The notes below the pieces were generated by a model. That model was not told the DNA's origin and did no database searches. It was given only the letters and a program-made list of their open reading frames with translations. A stretch of 53,479 bases of DNA from Candidatus Doudnabacteria bacterium (lineage in GTDB: Bacteria > Patescibacteriota > Doudnabacteria > UBA920), in assembly GCA_023245895.1 (NCBI GenBank), contig JAHFJJ010000005.1, positions 1-53,479 of the forward strand, given 5' to 3'. Of this stretch, positions 33,507-40,870 are shown one piece after another. Numbering within the stretch: the stretch's first letter is position 1; every line of letters starts with the position of its first letter. Position numbers and translations under genes: made by a program.

Positions 33507-33942
33507 AATTCACATTAATTAAATTATTAATAGTGAATTAATCCGCCGAAGCTTTAGCGAAGGCGGATGTTAAATATATCGAATCTGCGAATGGGACGAA
33601 TCAACGAATGGCTACGAATGCAGACAGAAGATTGCTTATACAGTCGTGAGGCTTAGGAGGGTAAAACTTTATAGACATCTGATGATGTCGTGACCCGCAT
33701 CTCTAAGACTCACTATTGTGGAAGTAATTAGCTAGTAGTAGGTAGTATGTAGCAAGAATTAAGGCAAGGAGTATGGCGGCAAAATAGTTATCTAGGTTGT
33801 CGCCAAACTCCTTCTCTTAAAAAATTAATACTCTGAGGGCCTTAGGCCCTTTTTGTTTTGGGGACTTAAGGCCTTCAGAGTAGGCACGGGCACTTTGAAA
33901 AAAGTGCAGTGATTTATTTTGAGAGGAGGTTAAGGAGGGTAG

Positions 33943-34548
33943 ATGGAGGATTCGACGATAGACAATCAGAAAGAAAATACGAAAGAGCTTCGGCCTTTTT
34001 TTGTTTTGAGCGGCACGGGGCTAAGGTCTTTCCATGTCGACGTTACACGATTGATATCCAGGCAACTTCTTGTGGAAGTTGTATTGCCTGGGCTCATGGA
34101 TGAGGCGCAGGCGATGCTTGACAACGAACGGCGTGCAAGAGAGGCTGCGGAAGAAGAAGTCCGGGGTCTGGGCAGGTTTGTGAAACGTTTTGAGCTTATG
34201 GCGTCTCAGATGCTTTACTCTGGACGGGATTCCTCAAGGCGTGCAGACAGAGTCCGGGCAATTACACTTGTACAAGCTGGAGACCCCAAGGTTCCGGACG
34301 ACCAGATTGTGTTCTTTTTCCCTCGGGGGGAGAAGCCTCAGGTTGCCGCTCCGGTGCCCGCTAAAGCGGCGTCAAAACGGCGGGGAAGAAAGGGCAAGCG
34401 CAAGTGCGGCGTGTGCCAGAGCGCAGAACACGACGCGCGCAACTGCCCGACTAAGCCTTCACCGGCTCCGGAACCGCCAGCGGAAAAACGCGCGGTCAAG
34501 AAATCCGCGAACGCGAAGAAGAAACCGGGACGCAAAAAAAAGAAGTAG
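33943..34548 (+). CDS. CCHC zinc-knuckle protein with a Lys/Arg-rich tail (201 aa)
   Basis: AAGGAGG (33932-33938) lies 4 nt before the ATG. CGVCQSAEHDARNC matches C-x2-C-x4-H-x4-C (nt 34405-34446) and uses all three Cys of the protein. It is flanked by KRRGRKGKRK and KKKPGRKKKK. Confidence 0.8.
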   Translation: MEDSTIDNQKENTKELRPFFVLSGTGLRSFHVDVTRLISRQLLVEVVLPGLMDEAQAMLDNERRAREAAEEEVRGLGRFVKRFELMASQMLYSGRDSSRRADRVRAITLVQAGDPKVPDDQIVFFFPRGEKPQVAAPVPAKAASKRRGRKGKRKCGVCQSAEHDARNCPTKPSPAPEPPAEKRAVKKSANAKKKPGRKKKK

Positions 34549-34655
34549 TTCGGTAGTACGCCGACTGCGAATGGGGGAGTTTTTAAGTGAGTAATCATTT
34601 AGAAATTCCCCCAAAATTTTTAAACAAGTTATAATAGTAAGCGGGATTATTCCCG

Positions 34656-34735
34656 TCCCAAAATCTGCCAGCGAAACGCGTATCCGTCCTTTTAAGGATG
34701 GGTTCCTGCACGGGTTTCGTCGGCAGTTTTTGGGA
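34656..34735 (+). repeat. conserved intergenic hairpin, family H (copy A1)
   Basis: TCCCAAAATCTGCCAGCGAAACGCG...CACGGGTTTCGTCGGCAGTTTTTGGGA. It lies between a T-type hairpin (34572-34613) and the SD of the next gene. It contains the spurious ORF-track ATG at 34698. Confidence 0.7.
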
Positions 34736-34754
34736 AACACAACAGGGAGGAATT

Positions 34755-35030
34755 ATGGATATGCTTTACGTTTTACGTTTTGCTTTTATTTTAGGTTTAG
34801 CATCTGGCTTGTTTGCCAAGCTCGTGCTTAAGGAAAAGCAAAAAAAGTCGCTATGTCGGCTTTGTCTGTTAGCTGCAATTTTGTCAGTGATTGTGTGCTG
34901 CGAGCCTAAAGGAGCCGGGCAGTTATTATGGTGCATTGTTGCCGGTACGATAGCCCATTTTTGGGGCGCGGTTGGGTTTATAAATGTGCACCAATGGGTC
35001 GAGAAACGCAATAAGGGACAAACTATTTAA
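34755..35030 (+). CDS. small membrane protein (91 aa)
   Basis: GGGAGG (34745-34750) lies 4 nt before ATG 34755. Three hydrophobic segments, Cys-rich (CRLCLL, CCEPKG). Confidence 0.7.
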   Translation: MDMLYVLRFAFILGLASGLFAKLVLKEKQKKSLCRLCLLAAILSVIVCCEPKGAGQLLWCIVAGTIAHFWGAVGFINVHQWVEKRNKGQTI

Positions 35031-35044
35031 GTGGTTTGTCCCTT

Positions 35045-35099
35045 GTCAAAATTTGCCAGTGAAGATTACGCGGGGGGTTTCGTAGGCAATTTTTGGGAG
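35045..35099 (+). repeat. conserved intergenic hairpin, family H (copy A2)
   Basis: GTCAAAATTTGCCAGTGAAG...GGTTTCGTAGGCAATTTTTGGGAG. It shows a compensatory change relative to A1 (CTGCC/GGCAG versus TTGCC/GGCAA). A hairpin spanning the stop codon precedes it (35013-35044). Confidence 0.7.
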
Positions 35100-35124
35100 C
35101 GAATTTTTTGCAAAGGAGGTATAA

Positions 35125-35331
35125 ATGAGCAGGCAAGTTAAACTGCCGGTGGTTCTATTCGCGGTTTCTTCATTCATTTGTTTTTTAACGCTGGCAGTAT
35201 CGGAAATTGCCCTATGCAACCGCATTGAGCACGGATGGTATGAGCCCATACTGCTTTTGCTGGCATACTTTACCGCAGTTTCCGCATACACAATAGCGGA
35301 AAAAGATAAGCCTGAAAAAAGGCAACTTTAG
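35125..35331 (+). CDS. small membrane protein (68 aa)
   Basis: AAGGAGG (35113-35119) lies 5 nt before the ATG. Two TM helices. Confidence 0.7.
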   Translation: MSRQVKLPVVLFAVSSFICFLTLAVSEIALCNRIEHGWYEPILLLLAYFTAVSAYTIAEKDKPEKRQL

Positions 35332-35343
35332 GAGGAACAAAGA

Positions 35344-35622
35344 GTGTGGACTTTTGTTTTGTGTTTTGTCTTTGGCATGGCTTTTGTGTTTTTGCACTTG
35401 GATCGCAATGCATCGCCTTTCCTTAAGAAGTATGCCTTTGTGGCCTTTCCTGTTGTAGTCTTGGGCTCGGCCATGTTGGTTGAACCTAAGGCCGCAGATA
35501 GGTTGGCTATTCTTACGCTCTTTAATATGTTGTTTGTGTTCGTAGGCATAATTGTAGCAGTTGTGGTGGGCCTGATTTTTAACCGGCGGGGCAAGACGCC
35601 GCGAACCAATACTCCGCGGTAA
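35344..35622 (+). CDS. small membrane protein (92 aa)
   Basis: AGGAGG (35330-35335, overlapping the previous stop) lies 8 nt before the GTG. Three TM helices and a basic tail. Confidence 0.7.
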   Translation: MWTFVLCFVFGMAFVFLHLDRNASPFLKKYAFVAFPVVVLGSAMLVEPKAADRLAILTLFNMLFVFVGIIVAVVVGLIFNRRGKTPRTNTPR

Positions 35623-35642
35623 AGCCAAAAACGGCTACCCCT

Positions 35643-35683
35643 AACGAGGCATAAGCGCCGAGCGCTTAGCCTCGTTCTTTTTT
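35643..35683 (+). terminator. intrinsic terminator closing orphan array A
   Basis: Long stem AACGAGGCATAAGCGC / GCGCTTAGCCTCGTT followed by CTTTTTT. Confidence 0.85.
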
Positions 35684-35691
35684 ATCCGGGT

Positions 35692-35720
35692 TTGACTAAA
35701 ATATCTTTTTTAGCTATAAT
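35692..35720 (+). promoter_or_regulatory. sigma70-type promoter of rpmF-nusB
   Basis: TTGACT at 35692-35697, 17 nt, and TATAAT at 35715-20 (35715-35720). An F1-like leader hairpin TTCACCCCTCG...CTCGGGGTGAA follows (35750-35794). Confidence 0.6.
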
Positions 35721-35811
35721 TGTTTCACTTTATAATTTTTAAATTTAATTTCACCCCTCGACTATCCGCCAAAGGCGGATTCGCTCGGGGTGAATTTTCT
35801 GGAGAAAATTC

Positions 35812-35982
35812 ATGGGCGTCCCTAAAAAGCACAAAACCCGCAGCGGCCGCAACCAGCGCCGCAGCCACCACGCTTTAAAAGCAAAATCTTTCGCGGTTTG
35901 CAAAAATTGCGGGCAACCGGTTATGCCGCATTTGCCTTGCAAAAATTGCGGGTATTATAAAGGCAGGAAAGTTACTAAATAA
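35812..35982 (+). CDS. rpmF: 50S ribosomal protein L32
   Basis: Hand translation gives MGVPKKHKTRSGRNQRRSHHALKAKSFAVCKNCGQPVMPHLPCKNCGYYKGRKVTK* (56 aa, below the ORF-track cut-off). It has the typical L32 N-terminus and a CxxC...CxxC ribbon. GGAG lies 7 nt upstream. Confidence 0.9.
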   Translation: MGVPKKHKTRSGRNQRRSHHALKAKSFAVCKNCGQPVMPHLPCKNCGYYKGRKVTK

Positions 35983-36118
35983 GAACCAAGACCCAAGAAA
36001 ACAAGAATCAAAAAAGAACCAATTTTTTCCGCCGGAGGCGGATCCGCCACTGGCGGAAAATTTAAAATTTTAAACCTTGGAATTTAGTTGGGTCTTGGCA
36101 TCTTGATTCTTGGTTCTT
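35981..36118. repeat. family F4 long hairpin between rpmF and nusB, with a nested F5-type insertion
   Basis: It starts in the rpmF TAA: AAGAACCAAGACCCAAGAAAACAAGAATCAAAAAAGAACCAA...TTGGGTCTTGGCATCTTGATTCTTGGTTCTT. The loop holds CCGCCGGAGGCGG and CCGCCACTGGCGG mini-hairpins. Confidence 0.8.
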
Positions 36119-36125
36119 TAATTTT

Positions 36126-36551
36126 ATGGCTAACAGGCACCTATCACGCACAATAGCAATGCAATCCCTCTTTGAATGGGATTTTAACGGACGCGATGAA
36201 GACTTGGCAGGTATTGTAAAAAACCATATTAAGGAATTTTCGGGAGCCAACGAAGAGAGTAGTTTTATTTTTGAACTGGCGGACGGCGTTCAAAAAAATT
36301 TGCCTGCCATAGATGAAATTATTACCAAGCACGCGCCGGAGTGGCCCATAGACCAAATTCCGCCCGTTGACAGGAACGTCCTGCGCATTGGCGTTTACGA
36401 ACTAATGTTTTTAAAACAAGTGCCGCCCAAGGTAGCAATTAACGAGGCGGTGGAGCTGGGCAAAACATTCGGCGGAGAGTCATCCGGGAAATTTGTAAAT
36501 GGCGTGCTTGGCGCGCTATACAAAGAAGCGGGGATAGAAGAGAAGGCATAG
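36126..36551 (+). CDS. nusB: transcription antitermination factor NusB
   Basis: [13 protein letters not shown] and [12 protein letters not shown]. 141 aa. Confidence 0.9.
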   Translation: MANRHLSRTIAMQSLFEWDFNGRDEDLAGIVKNHIKEFSGANEESSFIFELADGVQKNLPAIDEIITKHAPEWPIDQIPPVDRNVLRIGVYELMFLKQVPPKVAINEAVELGKTFGGESSGKFVNGVLGALYKEAGIEEKA

Positions 36552-36613
36552 CCCCTACTAAAATATCTGCCTACGGCAGGCAGGCGAAACTTAAACTAAA
36601 ATATTAAACTAAC

Positions 36614-36638
36614 AGACCTGCTATGGCGGGTCTTTTTA
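36614..36638 (+). terminator. intrinsic terminator after nusB
   Basis: Stem AGACCTGC / GCGGGTCT (one G-U pair) followed by TTTTT. Confidence 0.7.
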
Positions 36639-36854
36639 GTATTTAGTAGAAGTTTCCATAATATGAAAACCTTGTAACAAAAGCCAATTTTCGCCGTTAT
36701 AAAGTGTGAGGATAAAATTTTGGGCTCAAACTGGCAATCTTTTTTCAAATTTGCTATACTGATAATAGATTTTGCCAGATATATAAAAATAAATTAATAA
36801 GCCCCATAAAGGCGCCTGCCTGCCGGTAGGCAGGGGGAAAAAAGGATAAACATT

Positions 36855-37139
36855 ATGAATAAACTACAACTTACAGAACAATTAGCCGCAAAATTAAGCA
36901 TTACCCACAGCGAAGCCGAAAGGTTTGTAAATACTTTTGTCGGCATGATTTACGACAAACTCCGCGAAGGCGACAAGGTCAACATTTCCGGTTTTGGCCA
37001 GTTTAGCGTTTCCCACCGTGCTTCCAGGATTGGTGTAAACCCGCGCAATCCATCGCAAAAGATAACCATACCTGAACTCAACACCCCAAAGTTTAAAGCC
37101 GGCGAAGCGTTTAAGGAAGCGGTTAAGTTAAGACCATAA
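36855..37139 (+). CDS. hup: HU family DNA-binding protein
   Basis: GFGQFSVSHRASRIGVNPRNPSQKITIP beta-arm motif. 94 aa. TGC-TATACT promoter at about 36760-36768. Confidence 0.92.
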   Translation: MNKLQLTEQLAAKLSITHSEAERFVNTFVGMIYDKLREGDKVNISGFGQFSVSHRASRIGVNPRNPSQKITIPELNTPKFKAGEAFKEAVKLRP

Positions 37140-37186
37140 TTAGACAAATCAACACGAATCAGAAACGGATTAACACGGATACAAAA

Positions 37187-37211
37187 AGCCCTTTCTAGAG
37201 AGGGGCTTTTT
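37187..37211 (+). terminator. intrinsic terminator after hup
   Basis: Stem AGCCCCT... / ...AGGGGCT followed by TTTTT. Confidence 0.75.
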
Positions 37212-37263
37212 AAGTGCCGGCTATGCCCTTGACAAAACGTATGTTTTGTCATATTATGGGATT

Positions 37264-37536
37264 ATGAAGTATTTTGATTGGGATGAAGAGAAAAATAAGC
37301 GTTTAAAGGACGAAAGGGGGGTGGGCTTTGAAGATATTACCTTAGCTTTTGCTGAAGATCGTGTATTGGATGTTCTTGAGAGTCCTAATAAGCAAAAATA
37401 CCCAACGCAAAAAATGTATGCGGTAAATATTGGCCAGTATGTATATTTATGTCCTTTTGTGGAAGAAGATGAAAAAATTTTTTTAAAGACAATTTTTCCA
37501 AGTCGTAAAGCAACTAAAAAGTACTTAAAAATTTAA
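37264..37536 (+). CDS. brnT: BrnT family toxin (DUF497)
   Basis: MKYFDWDEEKNKRLKDERGVGFEDI matches the BrnT N-terminal signature (FEWDxxKNxxNxxKHGVSFEEA type). ATG 37264 lies 7 nt after the -10 (TTGACA 37229-37234, 17 nt, TATTAT 37252-37257), making it a leaderless candidate. Confidence 0.8.
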   Translation: MKYFDWDEEKNKRLKDERGVGFEDITLAFAEDRVLDVLESPNKQKYPTQKMYAVNIGQYVYLCPFVEEDEKIFLKTIFPSRKATKKYLKI

Positions 37537-37551
37537 TTTATTAATAATTTT

Positions 37552-37833
37552 ATGAAATATATTGAACTGGACCCGGAAGAAAAAGCATTACTTAAGGCCT
37601 ACGAACAGGGTAAGTTTAAGTCTGCCCCCAATCTTAAAAAGGAAATTAAACGTCTAGGAGATTATGCCCGCGCTTCTTTAGATAAGACTAAAAATATAAA
37701 TTTAAGGATTTCAGAGGCGGATTTGTTAAAAATTAAATCCCTAGCTGTGGGAAAAGGCATTCCTTACCAGACATTACTGGCGTCGCTTATTCACCAGTAT
37801 TCCGCCGGAAAAATAGAAACCCGGGTTTTATAA
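37552..37833 (+). CDS. brnA: BrnA-type antitoxin (ribbon-helix-helix)
   Basis: 93 aa, directly downstream of brnT. C-terminal RHH-like segment NINLRISEADLLKIKSLAVGKGIPYQTLLASLIHQY. Confidence 0.75.
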   Translation: MKYIELDPEEKALLKAYEQGKFKSAPNLKKEIKRLGDYARASLDKTKNINLRISEADLLKIKSLAVGKGIPYQTLLASLIHQYSAGKIETRVL

Positions 37834-37897
37834 ATTTTGCGGACATTGTATAATGCTTTAAAATCTGCAGCTTCCCCCGCCTGCCATCGCCTTTGAC

Positions 37898-37971
37898 GCG
37901 GAATTCGTATAATGGTAGTACGCTAGCCTTCCAAGCTGGTGGCACGGGTTCGATTCCCGTATTCCGCTCCA
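37898..37971 (+). tRNA. tRNA-Gly (anticodon UCC), CCA encoded
   Basis: Hand-folded cloverleaf. Acceptor GCGGAAT/ATTCCGC, D-stem GTAT/GTAC, and anticodon stem CTAGC/GCTGG with loop CTTCCAA. T-arm ACGGG-TTCGATT-CCCGT, then TCCA. A terminator hairpin follows. Confidence 0.9.
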
Positions 37972-37977
37972 CAAAAA

Positions 37978-38004
37978 ACACCTGTTAATGGCAGGTGTTT
38001 TTTG
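37978..38004 (+). terminator. intrinsic terminator after the tRNA
   Basis: Stem ACACCTG / CAGGTGT followed by TTTTTT. Confidence 0.8.
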
Positions 38005-38161
38005 TTATAATGTTAATAAGAATTAAGCTAATTAAATTATTTATAAATATATAGAAGCCAATTATCGGAAAAATCCCGGTAGCATGATAATTGTAAGGCG
38101 CACAGATGTGCCGCTTACTACTGAAGAAATTAAAAAATAAATAAATGACAAAAGTTATTTT

Positions 38162-39640
38162 ATGAAATTATCGTACAAACAACTTTTGTTGGTAGCGGTT
38201 GCTTCCCTGTTTTTGGGCGTGGTTTGGGATGTGCTTTTTTTTGGCAAGATGCCCGGGATTTCTTTTGTCATATATGTGGGCTTACTGCTGGCGGGGTTTT
38301 ATTTTTTTGCCGATTTTCTGGGTTTGTCTTTTTACAAAACCACCAGCCGCTCTTTAAAATTGCTGGCTTTGCCCATTGTGTTCTTCTCCCTTATGCTGGC
38401 CATAAGGGACAGTAACTTTTTAAGTTTTTGGAATGTGGTTGCCGCGCTGGGTTTACTGCTTATTTTTGCCGGCAGTGTAGTCGGGAGAAGCTTAAAGGAC
38501 TACAGGCTGTTTGATTTTTTAAAAACCGCGGTTGAATTGCCTTTGAGGTATTTGGCGGCGGGCCTTGGCAGTCTGGCCCAATTAATTTCCATAGGCAAGC
38601 GGGCCAAAGACCGGGAATCTACAGCCCAGATTTTAAAGGGGCTGGTTGTTACCCTGCCGATTGTTTTCTTTTTTATTATTTTGCTTTCTTCCGCGGATTT
38701 GGTTTTTGGCCGGCTGGTATCTGGTTTATTCAGCTGGCAAATGGATTTTAGCAATTTTGGCCATTATTTTTGGGTTATCTTTTTTGCTTTTATTTGGCTG
38801 GGAACTTATTCCTATCTTTTCCAAAACAGCAGTCCCGCGCCTGTTCCCCAGGTGGCTAAAGAAACAGGCTACCGTTTTGGGAAGATAGAAGCGGGCATAC
38901 TGCTGGGCGCGTTAAACTTTTTGTTCGCGGTTTTTGTATTCATCCAAATAAAATATTTGTTCGCCGGCCAGCAGGCAATAACCGGCCTGGGTTATACTTA
39001 CGCCGATTACGCCCACAAGGGTTTTGGAGAATTGGTTGCCGTGGCAATTTTGAGTTTCGCCCTTATTTTTGGCAGCGAAAAGTATATTGAAAAGAGGCCC
39101 GCGGGCCATTACGGATTTTTTAAAGTTTTAAGCGGCTGTTTGGTTGGTTTGCTTTTAATAATGATGGTTTCGGCTTTTACCCGGCTTTCCTTGTACGAGC
39201 ATGCTTACGGTTTTACCTTACTGCGTTTGCTGGTGCAGAGCTTTATAGTCTGGCTGTCGGTGATATTTTTATTGCTGTATTACAAGCTATGGAAGTTTTT
39301 GCCGGAAAGTTTTTTGGCTTTTTGGTCTTTAATGCTGGTAATTGGCTTTTTTGTTTTTTGGAACGCGCTTAACCCGGACGCTTTTATTGCCAAAAAGAAC
39401 ATAGAGCAGTTCGCCAAGGCCGGATTGCTGGACACCAAATACCTTTCTACCCTTTCAGCCGATGCCATTCCTGAAATTGCCAAGCTTTTGCAATACGAAG
39501 GCTACTTAAATAAATACGGCCGAAGCCTGCCGGAAGCGGCGCGGGAAATATTAAAAAGTAAAAAAGAACGATATTCCAAACAGCCGTGGCAGTCGTTTAA
39601 TCTTTCCAGGAATAAGGCAGAGGTCTTAGTGGTGGATTAA
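38162..39640 (+). CDS. polytopic membrane protein (DUF4153/DUF4173-like), 492 aa
   Basis: About 12 hydrophobic helices and a soluble C-terminal ~90 aa. The family assignment is from memory of the N-terminal pattern (LLLVAVASLFLGVVWDVLFFGK..GISF) and is not verified. Confidence 0.75.
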   Translation: MKLSYKQLLLVAVASLFLGVVWDVLFFGKMPGISFVIYVGLLLAGFYFFADFLGLSFYKTTSRSLKLLALPIVFFSLMLAIRDSNFLSFWNVVAALGLLLIFAGSVVGRSLKDYRLFDFLKTAVELPLRYLAAGLGSLAQLISIGKRAKDRESTAQILKGLVVTLPIVFFFIILLSSADLVFGRLVSGLFSWQMDFSNFGHYFWVIFFAFIWLGTYSYLFQNSSPAPVPQVAKETGYRFGKIEAGILLGALNFLFAVFVFIQIKYLFAGQQAITGLGYTYADYAHKGFGELVAVAILSFALIFGSEKYIEKRPAGHYGFFKVLSGCLVGLLLIMMVSAFTRLSLYEHAYGFTLLRLLVQSFIVWLSVIFLLLYYKLWKFLPESFLAFWSLMLVIGFFVFWNALNPDAFIAKKNIEQFAKAGLLDTKYLSTLSADAIPEIAKLLQYEGYLNKYGRSLPEAAREILKSKKERYSKQPWQSFNLSRNKAEVLVVD

Positions 39641-39646
39641 AATTTA

Positions 39647-39684
39647 TAAAAAACCGCCCTATAAGGTTAAGGGGCGGTTTTTTG
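39647..39684. terminator. bidirectional intrinsic terminator
   Basis: Stem ACCGCCCT / GGGGCGGT, flanked by an A-run and T6. It lies between convergent genes. Confidence 0.8.
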
Positions 39685-39701
39685 ATAATTTTGAAATGCG
39701 C

Positions 39702-40220
39702 TTAAAAGGCATTCACCAAATGCACGCTGACTATTTGGAAACTGTTAATTTCAACGCCCCAGTCGGAGAACTGGGTTTTTAGGTCTTCCCAGACGTCGTG
39801 GGTTATGGCTTCCTTTTTTTCCAGAACATCATCATAACTCCTGACGGCAATTGAAAGGCGAAGGGCGTTTTCTATGGTTGTGGCAATTGTCTTTTCTCGG
39901 TTGTGCAGGGTGTAGGTATATTTTTTAACCCCTTCCAGGGTGGGGATGACGGAAAAAATTATATTAGCGGAAACGTCTATAAGCATTTTATCCTGAGTAT
40001 GGTAGCGGTCAGTTAGGGTAAAGTTTTGCTGTTTTAAAGTAACGGCCTCCATTACTCGCTCCAAAAGAGGCACCCTAAAATTTAAGCCCGCGCGCATAAT
40101 GCGGCTGAATTTGCCGAAAAATTCAACCACATAAACGGTGTTCTCACTTACGGTTTCTACGCTGGCTACAACCAGGCAAATAAAAACGATTGTGAGTGTA
40201 ATAATTAGCCACATATACAT
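39702..40220 (-). CDS. SPFH/band-7 domain protein (short), N-terminal TM anchor
   Basis: TM helix WLIITLTIVFICLVVA, followed by VYVVEFFGKFSRIMRAGLNFRVPLLERV, typical of the start of stomatin/HflC-like SPFH domains. 172 aa. Confidence 0.7.
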   Translation of the reverse strand: MYMWLIITLTIVFICLVVASVETVSENTVYVVEFFGKFSRIMRAGLNFRVPLLERVMEAVTLKQQNFTLTDRYHTQDKMLIDVSANIIFSVIPTLEGVKKYTYTLHNREKTIATTIENALRLSIAVRSYDDVLEKKEAITHDVWEDLKTQFSDWGVEINSFQIVSVHLVNAF

Positions 40221-40412
40221 TAAGGTAAATTTAATTTTTTTATAAAGGATATCTGCTTAGGTATAACGCTTTTTTTATAAATAAGTTCGCTTTTGCCACC
40301 CACTTGATTATTTGCCCGCTAGGGGATAGACTTGGAACAATTAGGTTTGCATTCTGAAGGAGGAGTAAGCCCCTTGCCCCGAAACAGACCTAAACAATGA
40401 AAGGATGTGGAG

Positions 40413-40751
40413 ATGAAAAGGTTTTTGTTGATGGCTGTGATGATTGTGTTACTGTGCGGTGGATGTGGTGCTAAGGTTGGCGCTTGCAAGTTTGGGACGT
40501 GCATACAGGATACCAGGCCTTACATACGGGGCCTGCAGGAGATTAAGCCGCTTCCTGCTTCAAAGAAAAGGCCGCTGGGGCTTTTTAATGAATCCCCCTG
40601 CGGCGGGTATCCCAACGCGGGGTCTGTGCGGTGCCCTCTGCCTGGTAGCGAAATGCCGAAGCGTGGGCGGGGCGGATTTAAGCCCAGTAAGGATAAGGAG
40701 ACGCCTGTAGTGCCAAATATTTGGCCGGCATGGTTGGGTGTGCCTGTTTGA
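40413..40751 (+). CDS. secreted / possible lipoprotein, Cys- and Gly-rich (112 aa)
   Basis: ATG 40413 lies 7 nt after AAAGGA. Signal peptide MKRFLLMAVMIVLLCGGCG. A terminator follows. No family recognised. Confidence 0.6.
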   Translation: MKRFLLMAVMIVLLCGGCGAKVGACKFGTCIQDTRPYIRGLQEIKPLPASKKRPLGLFNESPCGGYPNAGSVRCPLPGSEMPKRGRGGFKPSKDKETPVVPNIWPAWLGVPV

Positions 40752-40766
40752 CTCTACAACAACCAG

Positions 40767-40815
40767 TCGGGGACTGCGCCGGGTTTTACGCCTGCCAGTC
40801 CCCGAAAATATTTTA
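40767..40815 (+). terminator. probable terminator
   Basis: 10-bp stem TCGGGGACTG / CAGTCCCCGA followed by AAAATATTTT. Confidence 0.55.
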
Positions 40816-40821
40816 GGGATG

Positions 40822-40850
40822 TTGAAAGAAGTTTTTAAAAAGATTATAAT
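40822..40850 (+). promoter_or_regulatory. sigma70-type promoter of the metK leader
   Basis: TTGAAA at 40822-40827, 17 nt, and TATAAT at 40845-40850. Confidence 0.6.
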
Positions 40851-40870
40851 ATTTAAAATTGTATAATTAG

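Noticed and set aside
37787-37981. 64-aa minus-strand ORF.
   Set aside because: It is antisense to tRNA-Gly and its terminator.
37948-40820. Island integrated at tRNA-Gly (38.1-40.8 kb).
   Set aside because: I found no repeat of the tRNA 3' end downstream. The only partial match, ATTCCCGT at 34649-34656, is upstream and only 8 nt long. No recombinase is present.
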